Assembly (NCBI GenBank): GCA_045533845.1
Contig: JAZSIN010000022.1
Span: 1 to 39,639 of the forward strand
DNA: 39,639 bases
Reading direction: 5' to 3'
Source: Eubacteriales bacterium
GTDB taxonomy: Bacteria; Bacillota; Clostridia; Oscillospirales; CAG-272
Numbering within the stretch: position 1 is the stretch's first letter; every line of letters starts with the position of its first letter. The notes below the pieces were generated by a model, which made no database searches, had not been told where the DNA came from, and saw nothing but the letters and a program-made list of their open reading frames with translations. The position numbers and the translations under genes were made by a program. Shown here piece after piece: positions 1-8,500 of this stretch.

Positions 1-129
1 CCAATTTGTCTTCCTAAGACCGCTTGGCCTCCGACTTTGAAAAGTTTTTTCGAAAATTTTCAAATCTTTTTCGAACCCTTGACCCGAGCTTTTCCTCTGT
101 GGCAGCCGCCTTTTTGCGACAGCCTCCGT

Positions 130-158
130 ATTATAGCACACTTGTCCCTCGCTGTCAA
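130..158 (-). promoter_or_regulatory. Sigma-A type promoter reading leftward out of the window (TTGACA-17 nt-TATAAT with TGc extended -10)
   Basis: Minus strand reads TTGACA (158..153), a 17-nt spacer gcgagggacaagtgtgc, then TATAAT (135..130). The downstream transcript (about 122..1) is AT-rich with GGAGG/AGGAAG motifs near the window edge. The target gene lies outside the window. Confidence 0.6.
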
Positions 159-216
159 GCACTTTTTTCGAAGTTTTTTCGGTTTTCCCTCCTTGTCAAT
201 TCGGCACGATATTGCG

Positions 217-251
217 CCTTTCGGGTTGTGCAGATTGCACAACCCGAAAGG
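217..251 (-). terminator. Perfect 16-bp stem / 3-nt loop hairpin just downstream of the spoIIE stop; probable terminator or insulator without a clear U-tract
   Basis: cctttcgggttgtgca (217-232), loop gat, tgcacaacccgaaagg (236-251). It lies 20 nt after the spoIIE stop codon (272-274, minus). No T-run follows on the minus strand. Confidence 0.45.
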
Positions 252-271
252 TATCTGTATTACAGCATCGT

Positions 272-2914
272 TCAGCACGCAGCACGCGTCTCAAGACCGC
301 TTTCTATCTCCTCGCGCACCTCTTCGACCGACAAAAGGATAACCGACCGATCGTCGAGGTCCTCGGGCTTCCCTGCGGTCGCGGCACGCCGTCTGTCCAC
401 GATCCGCTCCGCCGCGCGCTTCAGCTCTCCCTCGCCCTCTGCATCTCCAACCAGCATTTCGAGGAAGGACGGATCCTCGCCGTCATCCACCACGCCGTCG
501 CTGAGCATCACCACGGTATCCCCGGGGTAGAATCGAAACGCGATCTTCTGCACGTCCGCCTCAGAGAGGATCCCGATCGGCGCCGTTCTCGAATTCAAGA
601 GGAACAGATTTCCCTCCCGCAGAACAAAGCTCGGTGCTGCGCCACTTTTCCAGAAGATCCCCTCGCCCGTATAGAGATCCAGCTCAAGGAGATCGACTGT
701 GGCGCTGATCTCTCCAATCGCACCCGCAGACAGGAAATCGTTCAGCATCCGAAGGATCACACCGATCTCTCCGCCCGTCAGAAGCATCTTCTGCAAAAAG
801 ACCGAACAGATCCCCGACAGCTGCGCCGCCTTGCGCCCGCTCCCCATTCCGTCCGACAGAAGTGCGAAGAATTTACCGTCCGCACCCTCAAAAAGCGCGA
901 TCGAGTCTCCGCAAAGCCCCTCCTCCCTGCCGCTACGCCGTGCAGGCCTCAGGGCATACGCTCGCTGCACGCGATACCTTGGCACGGCGGGAATGCGCAC
1001 GTCGTACAGCCCGCCTCCCCCCGGGATCGGGGTCAAGATCGGTACTCCGGGCAAAAAGCCGACCGCGTCAAGGAATGCGCGTCTCCCCTCGTCCTCGGAG
1101 AGCATCTCCTCTATCGCCTTGCGATCCACGCCCCACGCGTAAAGCATCCCGCGCTGTCCGCCCGAAGCGGCGACCCGCGTTGCACAGATCCCATTCTCCA
1201 AAAGAAACGCCTCGGCGCTACGGCTCCTTCCCGCGTCAATTTCGTATCGATCGGGCCCGCTGCTCGACGCGGAGCGGAAGAGTGCCGCCGCCGCGCTGTA
1301 ATCTGCGGACAAAAGCCCCGCCTTCTCGCGCTTCAGATAGGACGCCGTAAGCTCTCCCGCCTCCTCGTTGATCCGGTAAAGGATAGCGCCGCTCATCTTA
1401 CAACGGCTGAGGACCTCCTCGGGAAATGCGTCCTCTCCGACGCTTCCCTTCCTGTGAAGCTCATCCGCCATATGTCCGAGCGTCCCTGCCATACGCGCGT
1501 ATTCACTCCCCCAGCACTGCGCGCAAGAGCCACACCCGGGGCAGAACTCGTCGCACACGCGGTCGCACACCCGTCGGAATTCCTCCACGGACGGATATTT
1601 ACTGCTTTCGGTCAGTGCACGGAAAAGATCTGAGACCGACAAAAACGCGCCGCAGATCTCCTCGATCCGTTTTTCCTCGTCACGAAGCCGCTCCTCCGCG
1701 AGGGCTGAGCGCAGTGCCGCGAGGCGATCGGGCTCCTCAGCGTCCGCAAAGACCGTATTCACCTGCATTTCGGCAGAGCTTTCGCCGCGCTTTGGAAGTG
1801 CAGTATCCGATCCGTCCGTCGGCGTCCCTCCCCCGTCCGCTTCGCCGGGGAGGAGGTGCAGTCGCTCAAGAACGCAAAAAAGAAGCGCTGAGGAAAGAAG
1901 AGACGGAAACAGGACCGAGAGCGCGCCGAGTCCGTAAACGTAAAAGCCCCAAGCCATTCCAACCGACAAGGCGGAAAGCGCACCCATAAACACTGACACA
2001 CGGCGCAAAGCTCCGCTGAGAAGCGCTGAGAAGGCGTAAAGCGGTGCGCTGACGGGATCGATCAAAAGCCCGAGCAGAAGTCCAAGCAGGATGCCGTAGC
2101 TGATCCCCCGCCGATGCGTCATCCAAAGTGTTGCCCCAAGCGCCGTAAAGACCGATAGTGAGATCCCGTAGAAGGAGAGCCCCGACAGGGACAAGGTCAG
2201 CATTCCGAGCACGCCCGAAGCAGTCGCAATCCTCGAAAATCTGTCGAGCCGCAAAACGTCCCTCTGCCATAAGCCAGAAAGCAAGCAGACCGATAGCGGC
2301 ACGGTCACCATCAGAAGAAGCGAGGACAGAAGATCGTACACGCGGTATCCGCCTCCGATCATGCGGTAGAGTCCCGTAAGGAACGAAGCGACCGATCCGA
2401 CCGCCACCCGAAGCACGATATGCTCCCTGAACAGCGCCCTGCAAAACGTGCCGAAGCCGTGCACGTCAGGCTCGTCGCCGCGCTTCCACGGGAGATCGAG
2501 CGTCATCCGAGCCGCAACACGGAGCAGAACCGCGGCAGTCGCAATGACAACGGCGATCGGTCGGAAGACTCCACCGAGGATCGGGAGTGCAGAAAGAAAG
2601 ACCCCGCAGTAGATCCAGAACAGACCGCTTTCTGCGGCGCACAAAAGCGCGATCCCAAAGGGCTTAACAGAAAGAATCCATTCGCATCGCCCGAAGAGAA
2701 AGGCAAGCACAAGAAGCCCGATCCCCTTCAGAAGAAGGAGAATCCTCCTCCGCGTCATAAATCGCACGAGTCGCCCCTCGCGCCGCGAGCGCTCGTCCAC
2801 CGCTCCCTCGTTCCCATCCATTTCGGGCGCTCGCTCCTCCCGAGCGCCGCCCACGTCGACACCGGAGCGCATTTCTCCATTCTCGCGCTCCGCGCGTTCT
2901 TCCCATTCCTTCAT
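272..2914 (-). CDS. spoIIE: Stage II sporulation protein E (SpoIIE): polytopic membrane protein with a C-terminal PP2C-type phosphatase
   Basis: The N-terminal half has many hydrophobic helices. The C-terminal part carries PP2C/SpoIIE motifs (GDSIALFEGADGKFFALLSDGMGSG ... VVMLSDGVVDDGE). Start set at ATG 2914, which has a GAAAGGA RBS upstream. The ORF stays open to 3070, so the start is uncertain. Confidence 0.9.
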   Translation of the reverse strand: MKEWEERAERENGEMRSGVDVGGAREERAPEMDGNEGAVDERSRREGRLVRFMTRRRILLLLKGIGLLVLAFLFGRCEWILSVKPFGIALLCAAESGLFWIYCGVFLSALPILGGVFRPIAVVIATAAVLLRVAARMTLDLPWKRGDEPDVHGFGTFCRALFREHIVLRVAVGSVASFLTGLYRMIGGGYRVYDLLSSLLLMVTVPLSVCLLSGLWQRDVLRLDRFSRIATASGVLGMLTLSLSGLSFYGISLSVFTALGATLWMTHRRGISYGILLGLLLGLLIDPVSAPLYAFSALLSGALRRVSVFMGALSALSVGMAWGFYVYGLGALSVLFPSLLSSALLFCVLERLHLLPGEADGGGTPTDGSDTALPKRGESSAEMQVNTVFADAEEPDRLAALRSALAEERLRDEEKRIEEICGAFLSVSDLFRALTESSKYPSVEEFRRVCDRVCDEFCPGCGSCAQCWGSEYARMAGTLGHMADELHRKGSVGEDAFPEEVLSRCKMSGAILYRINEEAGELTASYLKREKAGLLSADYSAAAALFRSASSSGPDRYEIDAGRSRSAEAFLLENGICATRVAASGGQRGMLYAWGVDRKAIEEMLSEDEGRRAFLDAVGFLPGVPILTPIPGGGGLYDVRIPAVPRYRVQRAYALRPARRSGREEGLCGDSIALFEGADGKFFALLSDGMGSGRKAAQLSGICSVFLQKMLLTGGEIGVILRMLNDFLSAGAIGEISATVDLLELDLYTGEGIFWKSGAAPSFVLREGNLFLLNSRTAPIGILSEADVQKIAFRFYPGDTVVMLSDGVVDDGEDPSFLEMLVGDAEGEGELKRAAERIVDRRRAATAGKPEDLDDRSVILLSVEEVREEIESGLETRAAC

Positions 2915-3193
2915 TTTTCGCTTGTCCTTTCTGTCACTTACAAAAATCCTGCAAGGATTTTCCTTTGCCGTCATTATACCGCAGAGAGGCCGCGAAAACG
3001 CTCGAATACGGCGCGGCGTATTCTTGTCAAACCGCGAAGAACGGACGGTATACGGGGCGTATTTTTGCATAGTCCGTCGGTTCTTTTCTTATGATATACA
3101 CCCGTCCGCGCAAAAAAAGGAGAACGCCCCCGACCGTTCCCGCTTTTCGTCGAACGATTTTTTCAGGAAACAGGAATATTTTTCGTTTTTCTC

Positions 3194-3222
3194 TTTACAA
3201 AGCGGTTTCTTTCCTATATAAT
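3194..3222 (+). promoter_or_regulatory. Sigma-A type promoter (TTTACA-17-TATAAT) for the SLOG/DUF1273 gene
   Basis: tttaca at 3194-3199, a 17-nt spacer, tataat at 3217-3222. It sits about 37 nt upstream of ATG 3259. Confidence 0.55.
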
Positions 3223-3258
3223 ATTATAAGAAAAACGAACCGTGAAAGGAGGACATCG

Positions 3259-3744
3259 ATGCAAGACCCCAAAACGATATGCTGCTTTACGGGGCACCGA
3301 GCCGTCCCTGCTTCTCACGTCAGCCGCCTTTACGAGCTACTCGACGAGGAGATCCTTTTCTTATATAACAGGGGCGTCCGCACCTTTCGTGCAGGTGGTG
3401 CAATCGGCTTTGATACGATCGCCGCGCTCCGTGTCCTCTATCTCAAGTCACAAGGCTACGATGTCACGCTCTCCCTGATCCTTCCCTGCCGCGATCAAGC
3501 GAGCCGTTGGCCGAGAAGCGCCGTTCTCGACTACAACTTCATTCTGTCGCGAGCCGACTCGGTGACGTACGTTTCGGAGACCTACAACCGCTTTTGCATG
3601 CTGCAACGCGATCGTGCGCTTGTTGACGGGAGCGGATACTGCATCTCCTACCTGACCGAAAACCAAGGTGGGACCGCCTATACGGTCTCCTACGCCTTGA
3701 AGAACGGACTCGAGCTGATCAATCTCGGCGAGTGTTTCCTGTAA
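3259..3744 (+). CDS. SLOG-fold DUF1273 (YpsA/YoqJ-like) family protein
   Basis: AAAGGAGG RBS at 3246-3253, then ATG 3259. N-terminal CFTGHR motif and GGAIGFD glycine-rich Rossmann-like motif, both typical of DUF1273. About 161 aa. Confidence 0.6.
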   Translation: MQDPKTICCFTGHRAVPASHVSRLYELLDEEILFLYNRGVRTFRAGGAIGFDTIAALRVLYLKSQGYDVTLSLILPCRDQASRWPRSAVLDYNFILSRADSVTYVSETYNRFCMLQRDRALVDGSGYCISYLTENQGGTAYTVSYALKNGLELINLGECFL

Positions 3745-3765
3745 GCCCGAGCATAATAACAAAAG

Positions 3766-3794
3766 AAGAGCCCTGCGAAATTCGCAGGGCTCTT
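3766..3794. terminator. Bidirectional rho-independent terminator between convergent genes
   Basis: aagagccctgcgaa / ttcgcagggctctt, a 14-bp stem with a 1-3 nt loop. It is flanked by an A-run upstream and a T-run downstream, between the stops at 3744 (+) and 3812 (-). Confidence 0.8.
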
Positions 3795-3811
3795 TTCAGA
3801 TCTTATTTTCG

Positions 3812-6397
3812 TTATGCGCGGGAGCCGGGGCGGCGGATCTCACGGAGCTTTGCTTCCTGCTCCGCAGAAATGCGCGCGATCTCTTCCTCTCTCTTCTTCG
3901 TATTGATGCGGTGTCTTACCGTGAAGAATACGATAGCAGCAATCAGAAGGACCGAGCCCGTGACCACACCGACCACGATCCAGATGTTACGGATGTGGGT
4001 GCGGTACTGCTTCGTTCCCTTGAGGTAGCAGTTTACGAATCCCGCAGGAGCGTAGTAGTTACCCGTGGAATCGGTCAGCATATCGTCGTTGACCAGCACA
4101 GCGTTCTTGTTGTAAATGATCGGGATGACGGGCATCTGCGAAAGGAGGTATTCCTCTGCGGCGTGCAGAAGCTCCGCTCTCTTCTCGATGTCCTTTTCGG
4201 CGAAGATGTCTTCCATCATCTTGTTGTAGGTCTCATCAGAGAAGCCCGTGATATGGGTTGCGGGGATATAACGAGGCTCGCCGTATTCGTCGAAGTTCTG
4301 CATATCCATACCCATGCCCGAGAAGAGGGTCGCGAAGGGTGCGAGAACGCCGAATGCGTCGACAGAATAGGAAACCATATCCATAGCGAGAATCTCGTAG
4401 TCGCCTGCAACGAGGGCCTCGAGCCACATATCGTCCTTAACGTCCGACAGAAGCTCCTCGGTCGTCGTCCAGAAGTGCTCGTTGTCGACCGGTCTCTTGG
4501 GGTCGAGCTCAACGATGAAGCCGACAGATTCCCAAGCCGCCTTGACCGTGGTTGCGATCATCTCGTGGACCTCGTCGTACGACGCGTAGGAGAGCGTCAG
4601 AACGTAGTCCTTCGGATCGATGTCGGTCTTCTTCAGGGTCTCCTGTGCCGCCGCAAGATCGTCGGTCGCGAGGAGGTAATTTGCACCGTTCTCACGGAAG
4701 GTCTTCTTCGCAGAGGTCGAATTGAAGACTCCGGGAGGCACGAGCGCGCCTGCCGCCTCTGCAAAGACAGCCGCCTTTGCGATCGTTTCGCGGTTGATCG
4801 CCTGCGAAAGCGCAACGCGGATATTTAAGTCGGACAGAATGTTCTCGCCGAGAACGGGAAGTCCATCTTCACCGGTATAGATCTTCTTGCCCTCCTCGGT
4901 GAAGTAGATGAGCTTGCCGTTTTCGTCGTACTCGTTTTCATAACGGATCGGTCTTCCGTTTGCACCCGTCGTGATGATGTCCATCGTCTCGGGATTAAAC
5001 TGATACTGAAGGCCTGCCTTGTCGTAAAGCATCGGAATGCCGTTCTCGTCATACGAGACCCAGCTGTATCTTACGAGCGCGTTCTGATTCAAGTAGTACG
5101 CGTGCGTGGAAAGACCGTTCGTGACGGTAGCGGAATCCGCGTAGTCCGAGCGAACCGAAAGCGGAATATCGCCGACGTAGAAGATCTCCTCGTTTTCATA
5201 CGCCTCCATCAACTCCGCGTCGGTCATGCTGTAATCGATGATCAGACGGTACGGGATAACGACCGTGTCCACCTTCCAGTTGTCCTTGTCGGCATCCTTG
5301 AAGTAGTAGGAGTTACGCTCGAGAACGAGCTTCGGGGAGTTCTGGGGGGTCGTCGCGTAATCGGAGACCACGCCGCGAACCACCTCGCAGGTATTTCTGA
5401 TCTCATTGAACTTTGCAGGATCCTTCGCCTCATAGTCCGCCATCGTCAGGGGAGAGTACGCGCACGTCACGCCGTTCTCGTTGACGAAGTAGTAAACGCC
5501 CTTCTCGAGCTTTACGAGAGCCTCGGGCTCGGTCGCGTCCTGTACGTAGTAGCAGTAGAGAAATTCTCCGTTTTCGTTCAGAAGGTACTTGCCGTTGTCA
5601 TCCTTTACCGGATCGTCGGGGTATCTTGCATCACGAAGCTTGAAGGGACCCGAGCCGGGCATCGTTGCGCCCTTCTTCGCCCAGTCGTTGTAAAGACGGA
5701 TCTTCTTCTTGACCTCTTCTCCGGTCTGCGGATCGGTACCGAGGACGATCTCGTAGTACGAGCTCTTCGTCGCAATGTTCTCTCTCAAAGGAGCAAGCGC
5801 GTAGCTCGTCAAATTGCGCAGGAACTGGTTGATATCGATCGGTCCCTCGAAGAAAACCTCGACGAGCTTGTCGCTCGGCGCGGAAAGTCCGATGCTGTCG
5901 ATCGAAACGTCACCCTGATTTGCGAGACGCGCGTTCTTGATGTCGAACAGAAGGCACGCCGCACCGTAGGAGGAGTCGACCTCAATGACACGCTTCCAGG
6001 AGTAAACGAAATCGTTTGCGGAAACGTAGGTGCCGTCGCTCCAATAGGTCTCGTCGATATAGAGGGAGAGCTTATACTCATCCTTTTCGAGATCCTCAAC
6101 ATATGTATACTTCTTGATCAGGTTGCTCTTAAGGCTTCCCTTTTCATCAAGATAAAAGGTCGGCTCGTACAGAAGGCTGATGATCTTCATCGCCGCCTCG
6201 TTGTTATATGCATTGGCAGGGTCGAAGTCGTAGATCATATCAGTCAGATACATTGAAATCTGACCGCCCTTCAGCTCCTCCTCCTCTTCCTCCGTCAGTA
6301 TCTCCTCTTTCTTCTCCTCGAACTGGAAACTGCAGGATGCAAAGCAGGACAGCAGCATCAGAAGGCAAAGCGTCAAAGCAAAAAAGCGCTTCATCAT
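3812..6397 (-). CDS. ABC-transporter family-5 (peptide/oligosaccharide, OppA/DppA-like) solute-binding protein; oversized, with an N-terminal lipoprotein-like signal and a C-terminal TM anchor
   Basis: Signal peptide MMKRFFALTLCLLMLLSCFASCSF. SBP_bac_5-like core (LLYEPTFYLDEKG..., WSDGTYVSANDFVYSWKR). C-terminal helix IWIVVGVVTGSVLLIAAIVFFTV followed by a basic tail. GGAGG RBS. 861 aa. Confidence 0.75.
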   Translation of the reverse strand: MMKRFFALTLCLLMLLSCFASCSFQFEEKKEEILTEEEEEELKGGQISMYLTDMIYDFDPANAYNNEAAMKIISLLYEPTFYLDEKGSLKSNLIKKYTYVEDLEKDEYKLSLYIDETYWSDGTYVSANDFVYSWKRVIEVDSSYGAACLLFDIKNARLANQGDVSIDSIGLSAPSDKLVEVFFEGPIDINQFLRNLTSYALAPLRENIATKSSYYEIVLGTDPQTGEEVKKKIRLYNDWAKKGATMPGSGPFKLRDARYPDDPVKDDNGKYLLNENGEFLYCYYVQDATEPEALVKLEKGVYYFVNENGVTCAYSPLTMADYEAKDPAKFNEIRNTCEVVRGVVSDYATTPQNSPKLVLERNSYYFKDADKDNWKVDTVVIPYRLIIDYSMTDAELMEAYENEEIFYVGDIPLSVRSDYADSATVTNGLSTHAYYLNQNALVRYSWVSYDENGIPMLYDKAGLQYQFNPETMDIITTGANGRPIRYENEYDENGKLIYFTEEGKKIYTGEDGLPVLGENILSDLNIRVALSQAINRETIAKAAVFAEAAGALVPPGVFNSTSAKKTFRENGANYLLATDDLAAAQETLKKTDIDPKDYVLTLSYASYDEVHEMIATTVKAAWESVGFIVELDPKRPVDNEHFWTTTEELLSDVKDDMWLEALVAGDYEILAMDMVSYSVDAFGVLAPFATLFSGMGMDMQNFDEYGEPRYIPATHITGFSDETYNKMMEDIFAEKDIEKRAELLHAAEEYLLSQMPVIPIIYNKNAVLVNDDMLTDSTGNYYAPAGFVNCYLKGTKQYRTHIRNIWIVVGVVTGSVLLIAAIVFFTVRHRINTKKREEEIARISAEQEAKLREIRRPGSRA

Positions 6398-6653
6398 TTT
6401 TGGGAATTCCTCCTCGTGAAAATAGGTTCTACGGATATCTCATATCTCAAAACAAGCATATCTATTCATAGTATCAGTTATTATAACACAAAAGCGTCAA
6501 AGAATCAACGATTTTCCGCAAGGTAACATAATATTCGGATGAATGCACAATTCGTTTTTTGAAAATATGTGCATTTTCACAAGACCGTCCCGCAGAGTCC
6601 CGCCGCTTCGCGTTTTTTTGCCGTTCCCCACGCGTCTTCCTCTCCCCTTCTTT

Positions 6654-6682
6654 GAATATTGACCGCTTCTCTGCGCAATACT
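6654..6682 (+). promoter_or_regulatory. Candidate forespore (sigma-F/G-like) promoter upstream of gpr
   Basis: GAATA (6654-6658), 17 nt, then CAATACT (6676-6682). This resembles the GNATR-N17/18-CATNNTA pattern but does not match the -10 exactly. Confidence 0.3.
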
Positions 6683-6703
6683 CAAGTCGGAGGTGATACA
6701 GCT

Positions 6704-7684
6704 ATGAAGAAAAAAGAAGCAACGGATAGAAAGACCGAGGCTGAGGGACCCACGCGCCCATGTGACACCGCGCGCTTTCTCAGGACCGACCTTGCCTGCG
6801 AGGTCCCCGATCCCGAGGCGCTGAAGCACGGGACGGGCGCGTCGTATCGCGAATACCGCCGCGGACGGCTTTCGGTCGCCCGATTACAGATCGAAGATAA
6901 GGCAGGGGAAGCGCGCTTCGGGCGCGAGATCGGCACCTACGTTACGGTCACCACGGGACCGATCCTGCTCCTCTCCCCCGAGGAGGTCGAAACACTGACG
7001 GAGATCCTCGTGACCGAGCTTCGGCAGATGGTGGAGCAGCTGACGGGTCAGCCGATCGGTGAGTCGCTCCGCGTTCTCGTCGCAGGGCTTGGAAACGCGC
7101 ATCTGACAGCAGACGCGCTCGGTCCCGAGGCAGTCCGAACCCTCCCCGTCACAAGACACCTCCGCGGCATCGACGATCCTGCACTTTTGAACGAGGGGAA
7201 GCGGTATGCGTGCATTTCCGCCATCTCGCCCGGCGTGCTTGCGGACACAGGAATCGAAACACGCGAATTGATCCGCGCAGCCATAGAGCCCGTCCGTCCC
7301 GATCTTCTGATCGCGGTCGATGCGCTTGCGGCAAGGAGCTGTGAGCGGCTCGCCGCCACCGTTCAGCTTTCGAGCACGGTAATCCGTCCGGTTTCGGGTG
7401 TCGGGACCGCGCGCGAGGCACTAAACCGCGAATCGATCGGCTGTCCTGTGATCGCGATCGGCGTTCCCACCGTCGTTGATTCCTCAACGCTCGTCTACGA
7501 CGCGCTCACCGAGGCGGGCGTCCGCGAGAGCGAAATCGACGAAAGACTGCTTCGTGTACTCGAAAACGGAAAGAGCTTTTTCGTTTCACCAAAGGAGATC
7601 GACGCGTTGACGCGAGCGTTCGCACAGCTTATTTCGGGCGTGATCGCCGAAGCACTCTCGGTCAAGCGCGCCCTCGCCACCTAA
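6704..7684 (+). CDS. gpr: Germination protease GPR (spore SASP endopeptidase)
   Basis: Motifs RTDLACE, VAGLGN..TADALGP, ISPGVLADTGIET, AVDALAARS, SGVG, PVIAIGVPTVVD match the GPR family. GGAGGTGA RBS precedes ATG 6704. The ORF is open from TTG 6659. Confidence 0.9.
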   Translation: MKKKEATDRKTEAEGPTRPCDTARFLRTDLACEVPDPEALKHGTGASYREYRRGRLSVARLQIEDKAGEARFGREIGTYVTVTTGPILLLSPEEVETLTEILVTELRQMVEQLTGQPIGESLRVLVAGLGNAHLTADALGPEAVRTLPVTRHLRGIDDPALLNEGKRYACISAISPGVLADTGIETRELIRAAIEPVRPDLLIAVDALAARSCERLAATVQLSSTVIRPVSGVGTAREALNRESIGCPVIAIGVPTVVDSSTLVYDALTEAGVRESEIDERLLRVLENGKSFFVSPKEIDALTRAFAQLISGVIAEALSVKRALAT

Positions 7685-8400
7685 TTGCACCCCGTCCCGC
7701 GAATGACGGATGCGACGGTCCGCAGAAGAATCCTCACGTCGCCGCGAAAAGACAGCGTTCGCGCGTAAACGGCGTCGAGCATCGCCTTCTCCTCTGCCGT
7801 CCGGTCGTCCCTTCCGCTGACCTGTGCAAGTCCCGTAATCCCCGGGCGCAGGTGCGACGCGCCCAGCAACGTGCGCAGCTCCGTGAGATGTGCTTCGCCG
7901 AGGATCACAGGGCGCGGTCCAACGAGCGACATCTCGCCCCTCAGCACATTCCACAGCTGCGGAAGCTCGTCGATCCCCGTACGTCGCAAAAATCGCCCGA
8001 TCCGCGTGAGGTAGCGTGCTCTATAGGTCTCCGAAAGCTCCCTTGACGCGCATTCGGGCGCACGAACCGTCATCGTGCGGAATTTATACACCGTAAAAGA
8101 GGAAAGATCTCTGCCCGTCCGTGTCTGACGGAAGATCGCGGGGCCGTAAGAGTCACACCGTATCCACACCGCGATGAGGAACAGAGGAAGTGCGAGAAGA
8201 AGGAGAAGCACCGCGGAAAGAAGCATGTCGAGGATCCGCTTCACCGGCGCATACGCCGCATATTTACGAAAAGAAACGCCCTCCCCGAGGAGAAGGACAG
8301 CCGTCCGTTCCTCCCCAAGAGAGAACGTTTTTTGTATGGAGGCGGGAATCTCCGCCGCAAAAACAGCGCTGAACTCCCGCGCTTTAATACCGTTTCCCAT
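7681..8400 (-). CDS. Bacterial sugar transferase (polyprenyl-phosphate hexose-1-phosphate transferase, WbaP/EpsL C-terminal type)
   Basis: KRILDMLLSAVLLLLLALPLFLIAV TM helix, GPAIFRQTRTG, YKFRTM, DELPQLWNVLRGEMSLVGPRP. Start is ambiguous (ATG 8400 or GTG 8445). Confidence 0.85.
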   Translation of the reverse strand: MGNGIKAREFSAVFAAEIPASIQKTFSLGEERTAVLLLGEGVSFRKYAAYAPVKRILDMLLSAVLLLLLALPLFLIAVWIRCDSYGPAIFRQTRTGRDLSSFTVYKFRTMTVRAPECASRELSETYRARYLTRIGRFLRRTGIDELPQLWNVLRGEMSLVGPRPVILGEAHLTELRTLLGASHLRPGITGLAQVSGRDDRTAEEKAMLDAVYARTLSFRGDVRILLRTVASVIRGTGCN

Positions 8401-8500
8401 AAGCCAGACACCACCGTAAGAATTATGCGGCAAGGCTTGCCCCACGGCTTTAGTATTCCCGGCAAAAGAAACGCGTATCCAAGGCGGATAAAAAAGGAGA

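Noticed and set aside
1-40. A tRNA-like string on the minus strand (GGAGGCCAAGCGGTCTTAGGAAGAC), reminiscent of a D-arm.
   Set aside because: I could not fold it into an acceptor or D-stem (GGCC versus GGAA do not pair). It sits in the leader of a promoter-driven transcript and also reads as RBS-like GGAGG/AGGAAG. The window is truncated here, so no call is possible.
212-1633. A 473-aa plus-strand ORF, plus smaller ORFs at 699..1142, 862..1350 and 1426..1989, lying over the spoIIE locus.
   Set aside because: These are antisense or out-of-frame to a gene with unmistakable SpoIIE motifs. The translations are Arg/Pro/Ser-rich and low complexity, with no RBS. They are typical shadow ORFs of high-GC DNA.
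3911-6256. Plus-strand ORFs 3911..4828 and 5102..6256 inside the solute-binding protein gene. The same applies to the antisense ORFs at 11800..12522, 13013..14272, 14664..15623, 18032..18799, 19813..20889, 21128..22246, 23947..24870, 25014..26285, 28036..28794 and 29265..30044.
   Set aside because: Each lies opposite a CDS with clear family motifs. None has a family signature I recognise or a convincing start context. I treated them as non-coding shadow ORFs.
6543-6585. An inverted repeat, aatgcaca ... tgtgcatt, separated by 27 nt in the SBP/gpr intergenic region. It also contains a cre-like tgaaaatatgtgca.
   Set aside because: The arms are short and widely spaced, and the cre-like string lacks the central CG. 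There is no nearby promoter element I could anchor it to.
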